Below, piece by piece: positions 26,452 through 33,506 of a stretch of 33,506 nucleotides of DNA (position 1 is the first letter of the stretch; every line of letters begins with the position of its first letter). The translations under genes and the position numbers were made by a program. The stretch comes from Bacilli bacterium (lineage in GTDB: Bacteria > Bacillota_I > Bacilli_A > RF39 > UBA660). The stretch lies in the NCBI GenBank assembly GCA_045634565.1, contig JAZRAM010000107.1, forward strand, positions 1-33,506, in the 5' to 3' direction. Below the pieces are notes generated by a model, which had not been told where the DNA came from, did no database searches, and saw only the letters and a list, made by a program, of their open reading frames with translations.

Positions 26452-29400
26452 ACATTTCTTTTATAGATTTTTTTAATATATTTAACATATCTATTAAATA
26501 ATAAATAAAGTGTCTATCAAGTCCTACTGTATCAAGAGTTATTGTAAGTTCATCATTTTTCATAGAAAATCTAAACTTTCTAGTTAATGATATAACATCT
26601 AAGAATAATAATTCCCCATTTATATTTTTAGTTAATTCTTTAGAGAGAGTTATTGCAACAAAGTTTTTAGTTTGATTAACACTTTTAACTTTTAAAGCTC
26701 TTATTTCTTTTTCAAATAATTCTTCATACATATAAATAATTACATTTTCATCTAATACGCCAAATCTATCTTCTAATTCTTCTTTAGTTTTATTTAAACT
26801 TTCTATAGAAGCAATCTTATTAATTTTTTGATGTATTTCTATTTTTAAATCTTCTTCTTTAGCATACTTATCATCGATAGTTGTTTCCACTTCTATTAAA
26901 GGTTGAGTATCAGTTTCGTCTTTTTCTACTTTAATTCCTTTTAATTTACTTACTTCTTCATTTAACATATCAAGAAATAATTCTACACCTACTGTATCTA
27001 TAAAACCAGATTGTTCGGATCCAAGTATATCTCCAGCACCCCTTATAGATAAGTCTCTCATAGCTATAGAAAAACCACTTCCAAGTTCAGTAAACTCTTT
27101 TATTACATTTAATCTTTTCTTAGCTACATCACTTAAAATCTTACCTTTATTATACATTAAATATGAATATGCGATTTTATTACTTCTACCTACTCGACCT
27201 CTAATTTGGTAAAGTTGTGAAAGACCATATCTATCAGCATCTATTATAATTAATGTATTAACATTCGGTATATCAATACCTGTTTCAATAATTGTAGTGC
27301 AAAGAAGAACATCATATTCTTTATTCATGAACTTATACATAACATCTTCTAGTTCTTCTTTTTTCATTTTACCATGACCACAAATAACTCTTGCTTCTGG
27401 AATTAAGTATTCTAAACTTCTTTTCTTTTCTTCCATAGTAGCAATATCGTTATAAAGAATAAATACTTGACCTTCTCTTGCAAGCTCTTTGTATATAGCA
27501 TCCTTAATTACATTTTTATTTTCTTCTAATACATAAGTCTGTATTGGATATCTATCTACTGGTGGTGTTTCTATCAAAGATAAACTTCTAACTCCAGCAA
27601 GTGACATTTGAAGTGTTCGTGGTATTGGTGTTGCACTTAAAGTTAAAACATCTATATTATTTTTATAAGATTTTATTTTTTCTTTATGTTTAACGCCAAA
27701 TCTTTGCTCTTCATCTATTACAAGTAATCCTAGTCTTTTACAAACTACATCATCACTTAAGATTCTATGAGTTCCTATAAGTAAATCTACTTTACCATCG
27801 TTCAAATCTTTTAATATTTCAGTTTGTTTTTTCTTAGAAATAAATCTATTTAAAAGTTCTATTCTTACAGGAAATTCTTTAAATCTTTCTATAGCGTTTT
27901 GAAAGTGTTGCTGTGAAAGAATTGTTGTTGGACATAAGAATAACACTTGTTTATTAGACATAATAGCCTTAAATATAGCACGGAACGCTACTTCAGTTTT
28001 ACCATATCCAACATCACCACATAAAAGTCTATCCATAGGAATACTTTTTTCCATATCTTTTTTTATTTCTTCAGTTACCTTTAATTGGTCTTTAGTTTCA
28101 ATATATGGAAAATCCTTTTCAAACTCTATTTGTTCCTCTGTATCTTTATCAAAAGCATAACCTATAGCCATTTCTCTTTCAGAATAAAGTTTTAATAAAT
28201 CTCCAGCTATACTTTCTATCTTTTTCTTTATATGTAATTTAGTTTTAGTCCATTCAGTCCCACCTAATTTATTTATTTTAGGAGTAGCTCCTTCATTAGA
28301 TGAATATTTATTTATAAACTCTAACTTTTCAACTGGAATATATAATTTATCTTCACCTTTATATTCAATAGTTAAATAATCTTTTTTTAGTCCTTTCTTT
28401 GTTAAAGTTTTAATACCTCTATAAATACCAATACCATGAACTACATGAACTACATAATCTCCAATATTAAGTTTATTTATATCCCTAATTTTAGATCCCA
28501 TCTTAAAATTAGATTTATAAGCAACTCCACTTTCTTTTTTATTAAAAAGTTCTTTTTCAGAAACTACTACATAGTTTCCTATTATATAACCACTATTTAT
28601 TTTTCTAACTACAAGATTTATTTTGTTATCTATTATATCCGATATACTTGTAACTACTACATTACTACTTACAAGTTCACTTTCTAATCTATTAACTTTA
28701 TATCTATCTGATAAACAAACTATAACAGTTTTACCATCTTTAATATATCCATTAAGCCTTTTACTTATTGAATCAATCCCACCAATAAAATTATCTAGTT
28801 CAAATGATTGATAATTTATAGATTTTTTAGAGTTAGTTTTATTATCAAATGATACAAAGTCTATTTCTTCATATTTATAACTATTTTCTAAATCAAACAT
28901 GAACTTAGTATTATGATTTATTTCATTATTATTTTTATAATCTGTTATTTCTTCAGTTAATAATTCAAAACTTTTTTCTATAGATTTTCTATCATTATAA
29001 AAAATTATACACTCACCTAAATAATCTAATATAGATACAGGTTTTATATATTTTATCAATTCTCTATGTTTAGGTTCTTCTTCCAGTTCCTTATCAATAA
29101 TAAACTCAGTAGTAGGCGTTATTATTATTTCGTCAAGTCTATCTTTAGAAATTTGAGTATCAATATCAAATTCACTAATTCTATCTACTTCATCTCCCCA
29201 AAACTCTATTCTTATAGGATTTCTATAATTGATCGGAAATATATCTATTATAAATCCACGAACAGCCATTTCTCCTGTTTTATTAACTAAAGATTCTCTT
29301 TTATAACCAATTCTATATAAATTAGAAACTAATTCTTCTATTTTTATTTCATCACCTAATTTTATTTTAGAATATGAATTTTTATAATCTTTAGGACTAG

Positions 29401-29734
29401 GTAAAAATCTCAAAAATCCCATTAAGTTAGTTATAACTATTCTTTTTTCTTCTAGCAAAGTATTTAAAGCATCAAGTCTAGTAAATTTAAACTCTGGACT
29501 GATAGCTAAAGCTTCACTAGTTAGAAAATCATCCATCGGAAAAAAAGATACTTTATCTGTATAATTTAACAATATTTGGTATAGCTTATTTGCTTCATAG
29601 ATAGTTGAAGTTATACACACTATACTCTTATTTTCTTTTTCAAATTTCTTATATAAAAATAATCCTTTAAGTTCTGGTGTTAAACCATAAATTGAGTCTC
29701 CATCTAACTCATTTAATATATTATTAAAAAACAT
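26450..29734 (-). CDS. mfd: Transcription-repair coupling factor
   Basis: RGFIIDIFP, GDYVVHVVHGIG, DRLLCGDVGYGKTEVA, DEEQRFGV, SATPIPRTL, QIRGRVGRS, DLSIRGAG. Confidence 0.98.
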   Translation of the reverse strand: MFFNNILNELDGDSIYGLTPELKGLFLYKKFEKENKSIVCITSTIYEANKLYQILLNYTDKVSFFPMDDFLTSEALAISPEFKFTRLDALNTLLEEKRIVITNLMGFLRFLPSPKDYKNSYSKIKLGDEIKIEELVSNLYRIGYKRESLVNKTGEMAVRGFIIDIFPINYRNPIRIEFWGDEVDRISEFDIDTQISKDRLDEIIITPTTEFIIDKELEEEPKHRELIKYIKPVSILDYLGECIIFYNDRKSIEKSFELLTEEITDYKNNNEINHNTKFMFDLENSYKYEEIDFVSFDNKTNSKKSINYQSFELDNFIGGIDSISKRLNGYIKDGKTVIVCLSDRYKVNRLESELVSSNVVVTSISDIIDNKINLVVRKINSGYIIGNYVVVSEKELFNKKESGVAYKSNFKMGSKIRDINKLNIGDYVVHVVHGIGIYRGIKTLTKKGLKKDYLTIEYKGEDKLYIPVEKLEFINKYSSNEGATPKINKLGGTEWTKTKLHIKKKIESIAGDLLKLYSEREMAIGYAFDKDTEEQIEFEKDFPYIETKDQLKVTEEIKKDMEKSIPMDRLLCGDVGYGKTEVAFRAIFKAIMSNKQVLFLCPTTILSQQHFQNAIERFKEFPVRIELLNRFISKKKQTEILKDLNDGKVDLLIGTHRILSDDVVCKRLGLLVIDEEQRFGVKHKEKIKSYKNNIDVLTLSATPIPRTLQMSLAGVRSLSLIETPPVDRYPIQTYVLEENKNVIKDAIYKELAREGQVFILYNDIATMEEKKRSLEYLIPEARVICGHGKMKKEELEDVMYKFMNKEYDVLLCTTIIETGIDIPNVNTLIIIDADRYGLSQLYQIRGRVGRSNKIAYSYLMYNKGKILSDVAKKRLNVIKEFTELGSGFSIAMRDLSIRGAGDILGSEQSGFIDTVGVELFLDMLNEEVSKLKGIKVEKDETDTQPLIEVETTIDDKYAKEEDLKIEIHQKINKIASIESLNKTKEELEDRFGVLDENVIIYMYEELFEKEIRALKVKSVNQTKNFVAITLSKELTKNINGELLFLDVISLTRKFRFSMKNDELTITLDTVGLDRHFIYYLIDMLNILKKSIKEM

Positions 29735-29782
29735 CTAATACCCTCCTTTCCAACAACAAAAAGATACACTTTGGTATCATGA

Positions 29783-31123
29783 TTATCTTACTATATTTTT
29801 ATTTTCTCTAACCACTTGATCTGTAAATATTTCATTTATATTAATAAATCCATCCTCTGTTTGTTTTTTCAACATTTTATCTTCGTTAAAATAAATTCTT
29901 TTTACATGATATCCATATTCATTAAATATATTTTTATTTTCACGAATTTCTTGATTATTTATATTTTTATAAAGATTTGAAATTATTTCATTGATTTTTC
30001 GACAACTCTCAACGGTTTCTTGTGGTGGCGTTGTTAAATATGAAATTAATTCATTATATTCACTCCCATCCAAATTAGATTTCAAAACATTTTTTAAGTT
30101 AGTGTCATCTCCGCTGAAAACGGTTTCCCAGATTATTTTAGGGCCTATTGTATCCATAAGTAAACTTACACTCATTACACAATAACCATAAACAGGATCT
30201 TTTTTATCTAAATATTCTTCTGAAATTATTTCCGCTAAAGCTTCTTGTAAAAATATATATTTGCGATTAGGAGATTGCAACAAATGAACAAATTCATGTT
30301 TTGCAGTTTCTTTATATTTACTAATGTTTTTTACATTTAAAACATTAGGGGCAAGTTCTATATAAAAACCATCTGTAGTTTCTGGATTTGTTATTAATTT
30401 ATCAGTTGGTTCATAAACTCTTAATTTTAAATTTTGTAATTTTGATTTTATTAAATATTCCATATCAGTGTTTTTATAATAAGGAAATATATTATTTATT
30501 AAATCTTCATTAGAAAAACACTCTTTTAAATCATCAGGAAGATCTGAATTTTTTATTAATTCTAACGCTTGATTGCTATCTATAGATTTAATATCTAAAC
30601 CTATATAATCTGAAACTGAATAGGCTATTTGTGAAAATTTATATTGTAAATTATTATATACATTTCCTTCTCGTAATTTAGCTTGAATTATAGGCGTAGA
30701 CATATTGTAAATAGTCATTAAAATTATAAAATTAAGTGAAATACTTATTATAAATTTTCCTATATGAATTTTTTTGCTTTTTGATATATTTTTTTCAATA
30801 TCACTTGACTTATTATATACAGCAATATCTTGACCATTATTGTCAAATAACATCAAAAAATCTTCAACACCATTTTTTATAAAATGTTTTATATTATTCT
30901 TCTTGTCTAAATAAACCTGATAATTTAAATAATCTTCTATATAAATGCATTCTTCATTTAATTTAAATAAATTATATATTTTTTGAATTATATTTTTATC
31001 TATTGGGGTAATTTCATTATCAATAAAACTAAAACCATAATAAAATAATATATTATTCTCATTTTTTACGTACAAATATTCTTTAGATTTTGTTTCTTGA
31101 TTTTCTATTATAGCAGCTATCAT
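29783..31123 (-). CDS. Hypothetical single-TM protein with a gluzincin-like HExxH...E metallopeptidase motif
   Basis: Central hydrophobic segment FIISISLNFIILMTIY; HEFVH (30298-30284) followed by QEALAE; SD AAGGA overlapping the end of pth. Confidence 0.65.
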   Translation of the reverse strand: MIAAIIENQETKSKEYLYVKNENNILFYYGFSFIDNEITPIDKNIIQKIYNLFKLNEECIYIEDYLNYQVYLDKKNNIKHFIKNGVEDFLMLFDNNGQDIAVYNKSSDIEKNISKSKKIHIGKFIISISLNFIILMTIYNMSTPIIQAKLREGNVYNNLQYKFSQIAYSVSDYIGLDIKSIDSNQALELIKNSDLPDDLKECFSNEDLINNIFPYYKNTDMEYLIKSKLQNLKLRVYEPTDKLITNPETTDGFYIELAPNVLNVKNISKYKETAKHEFVHLLQSPNRKYIFLQEALAEIISEEYLDKKDPVYGYCVMSVSLLMDTIGPKIIWETVFSGDDTNLKNVLKSNLDGSEYNELISYLTTPPQETVESCRKINEIISNLYKNINNQEIRENKNIFNEYGYHVKRIYFNEDKMLKKQTEDGFININEIFTDQVVRENKNIVR

Positions 31124-31137
31124 ATAAAAACATCCTT

Positions 31138-31692
31138 TTAATTATATTTATTCATTAAATTATCAAATGGCAATTTTAAATAATCCTCTATGATATATGG
31201 TATTTTATCTATTATAGGATTTATTAAATCTATCTCTTCTTTAGTAAATTTACCTAATACATAATCTTTAGCATCCATATTTTTGTCATTTGATATACCA
31301 ACTTTTATTCTTTTATAATCTTTAGTAGATAAGTGTAATTCTATATTTTTAAGTCCATTATGTCCACCACTTGAACCTTTATATCTAAGCCTAAAATTAC
31401 CTACCATTGTATCTAAATCATCACAAATGATTAATATATCTTCTATATCTATTTTAAAGAAATTAACAAACTCTCTTATTACCTCTCCAGATAGATTCAT
31501 ATATTTTAAAGGTTTTAAAAGTATTATTTTTTCTCCATTATAATTGAATTGTGTATAGGTTCCAGTAAATTTATTAGAATCAAAACTCACTTTAAAATAT
31601 TCAGCAATTTTATCTATACACATAAAACCAATATTATGTCTAGTTTTATTATATTCTCTTCCTGGATTTCCCAAACCTACTATAAGTTTCAT
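31138..31692 (-). CDS. pth: Peptidyl-tRNA hydrolase
   Basis: LIVGLGNPG, TRHNIGF, YMNLSG, DDLD, GGHNGLK. Confidence 0.98.
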   Translation of the reverse strand: MKLIVGLGNPGREYNKTRHNIGFMCIDKIAEYFKVSFDSNKFTGTYTQFNYNGEKIILLKPLKYMNLSGEVIREFVNFFKIDIEDILIICDDLDTMVGNFRLRYKGSSGGHNGLKNIELHLSTKDYKRIKVGISNDKNMDAKDYVLGKFTKEEIDLINPIIDKIPYIIEDYLKLPFDNLMNKYN

Positions 31693-31696
31693 TTTA

Positions 31697-32545
31697 TCAC
31701 TTCTTTTCTATATTGTGGTAAATATCATATACTTCGCTTTTTTTCATACCACGTTCTTTAGCAACTATTTTAATAGCATCCATTGAACTTTTACCATCTT
31801 CTATATATAGTTTAACATGTTCTTCAACTGTTAAAGTTTTATATTCTACTATTTCTTTATTGCCTTCAACTACTACTACAAGTTCTCCTTTATATTCATT
31901 ATTTTGCTCTATTAATTCACCTATTGTGCCCCTATATATTTCTTCATATTTTTTAGTTATTTCCCGGGAAATACTTATTTTACGATTATTTCCCAAAACA
32001 TTTCCCAAATCTTTTAATGTTTTATTTATACGATGAGGTGCTTCATAAAGTATCAATGTAGCATCTATATTTTTTAAAAATTCTAGTTCTTTTCTTCTAG
32101 TACTATCTTTACTATTTAAAAAACCATAATAATAAAATGGCATAGGACTAATACCTGATGAAGTTAAAGCAGGTATTAAAGCAGTTGCGCCAGGTAAACT
32201 TACTACATTGTAACCTTCATCTATAGCTACTTTAGCAAGCTCATATCCTGGATCACTTATTATAGGTGTGCCTCTATCACTAACTAATCCAACATTACTT
32301 CCGCTACTTAAATATTCTAACAATTTTTCTTTATTTCCTGATTCGTTATAATTATGACTAGATATTAACTTTTTACTTATATCTAAATATTTTAATAATT
32401 GTCCAGTTACCCTAGTATCTTCACAGAAAACAACATCAACCATTTTTAAAGTATTAACTGCTCTTATAGTTATATCTTCCATATTTCCTATTGGAGTTGG
32501 AATAAGATATAAAGTTGGACTATTATCATAACTTTTTTGTGACAT
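31697..32545 (-). CDS. rsmI: 16S rRNA C1402 2'-O-methyltransferase
   Basis: PTPIGNMEDIT, CEDTR, SDRGTPIISDPG, YEAPHR, REITKKYEE. Start ATG 32545 after SD GAGGTG. Confidence 0.96.
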   Translation of the reverse strand: MSQKSYDNSPTLYLIPTPIGNMEDITIRAVNTLKMVDVVFCEDTRVTGQLLKYLDISKKLISSHNYNESGNKEKLLEYLSSGSNVGLVSDRGTPIISDPGYELAKVAIDEGYNVVSLPGATALIPALTSSGISPMPFYYYGFLNSKDSTRRKELEFLKNIDATLILYEAPHRINKTLKDLGNVLGNNRKISISREITKKYEEIYRGTIGELIEQNNEYKGELVVVVEGNKEIVEYKTLTVEEHVKLYIEDGKSSMDAIKIVAKERGMKKSEVYDIYHNIEKK

Positions 32546-32555
32546 ATTATCACCT

Positions 32556-33275
32556 CTATTCAAAATATTTTTTTACGTCTTCTGTATATTCTCCATTATC
32601 TTGATGACTATAGATAGGAGGCAAAATTTTAAGTCCAGGTTTTCCATTTTTACTTCCTTCTATTAACATAATATTTGCTTCCATCTTTTTCTTCGGATAT
32701 ACAAATTGAACTCTTTTAGGTTCTATATTATTTTTTTTCATTTCTTCTACTACTTCAACAAATCTTTCTGGTCTATGTACTATAGCAATCACACCATTAT
32801 TTTTTAAAAGTTTTTTAGCTATACTAAACAACTGACTTAGGTTTAACTTAACTTCATGTCTAGCAATAGTCTTATAATCATTTTTATTTATATTTGATGA
32901 TTCAATATATTTAAAAAATGGTGGATTACAAGTTATTACATCAAAGGAATCTGTTTCTATTTCTTTATAATAATTATTTATATCTTTATTTATAATATTT
33001 ATTTGATTTTCTTTTTTATTTATTTTAACTGATTCTAAAGCTAAATCATATACTTCTTTTTGTATTTCTACACCAGTAATTAAAGCATTCGTTTTAGTAG
33101 ATAGTATTAAAGGTATAGGAGCATTACCGCAGCCTATATCAAGTATTCTATCTATTTTTTTATTGAGTGTTACAAAGTTTGGAAGTAATACTGAGTCTAG
33201 TGAAAAATTAAACATTTCATTATCTTGTACTATTTTTAAATCCTTATAACCTAGTAAATAATTAATTACCTTCAT
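32556..33275 (-). CDS. yabB: tRNA1(Val) A37 N6-methyltransferase family (YabB)
   Basis: FSLDSVLL, DIGCGNA, CNPPFF, ARHE, VHRPER. Confidence 0.9.
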   Translation of the reverse strand: MKVINYLLGYKDLKIVQDNEMFNFSLDSVLLPNFVTLNKKIDRILDIGCGNAPIPLILSTKTNALITGVEIQKEVYDLALESVKINKKENQINIINKDINNYYKEIETDSFDVITCNPPFFKYIESSNINKNDYKTIARHEVKLNLSQLFSIAKKLLKNNGVIAIVHRPERFVEVVEEMKKNNIEPKRVQFVYPKKKMEANIMLIEGSKNGKPGLKILPPIYSHQDNGEYTEDVKKYFE

Positions 33276-33506
33276 TTACATCAACTTCCACTATACCTTT
33301 ATCTTTAACATCTACTCTATAAGTTTGTTTTAAGATATCTGTACTTATAACTCTGCCTTCACCAAACTCAGTTTGAACTTTTTTTCCTATTTTAGGAAGT
33401 TTCTTCATACATTCTTTATAGCATTCATCTTCATATTTCAAACAACAAAGAAGTCTTCCACATAAACCATTTATTTTTGTAGGATTTAAAGCTATATTTT
33501 GATTTT
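33262..33506 (-). CDS. ricT: PSP1-domain protein RicT/YaaT, C-terminal part (truncated at the right edge)
   Basis: Translates ...NQNIALNPTKINGLCGRLLCCLKYE...GIVEVDVNEGN*; stop overlaps the start of yabB. Confidence 0.9.
   Translation of the reverse strand, partial: NQNIALNPTKINGLCGRLLCCLKYEDECYKECMKKLPKIGKKVQTEFGEGRVISTDILKQTYRVDVKDKGIVEVDVNEGN

Noticed and set aside
28436-31761. + strand ORFs at 28436, 28623, 29066, 29991 and 31549
   Set aside because: Antisense shadows of mfd, the HExxH gene and pth/rsmI.
1-33506. Possible UGA=Trp recoding (Mollicutes-like AT content)
   Set aside because: Conserved genes have no in-frame TGA, and TGA ends genes at the expected positions, including ATGA overlaps.

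Overview
This is a very AT-rich chromosomal window (standard code 11) from a reduced-genome Bacillota/Bacilli lineage; it looks like RF39-type gut Bacilli, but that taxonomy is inferred. Most genes lie on the minus strand and form a compressed, rearranged version of the Bacillus origin-proximal housekeeping region. Read in transcription order, right to left: ricT(yaaT)-yabB-rsmI-pth-[HExxH membrane protein]-mfd-[Ord/DapB-like dehydrogenase]-[frameshifted transglutaminase-like gene, + strand]-spoVT-Met T-box-dut-metG-[unannotated 56-aa membrane protein]-tatD-3D protein-rsmA-yvcK-whiA-[Rpn nuclease]-DHH phosphodiesterase-hypothetical-rplI-dnaB-M23 peptidase-walJ-rlmH-[+ strand operon: Alr-fold racemase, ATP-grasp D-Asp ligase, asparagine synthetase]-tilS-ftsH-hypothetical. 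Most notable: (1) a putative D-Asp/D-Asn peptidoglycan cross-bridge operon led by an Alr-fold racemase with an altered substrate pocket; (2) an Rpn gene with an internal promoter, SD and in-frame ATG, matching the intragenic-antitoxin architecture; (3) FtsH with a Rho_N-like C-terminal tail; (4) dUTPase placed inside a Met T-box operon; (5) a sigmaG-like promoter before spoVT; (6) walRK absent from its usual position. No rRNA, tRNA or CRISPR array was seen.
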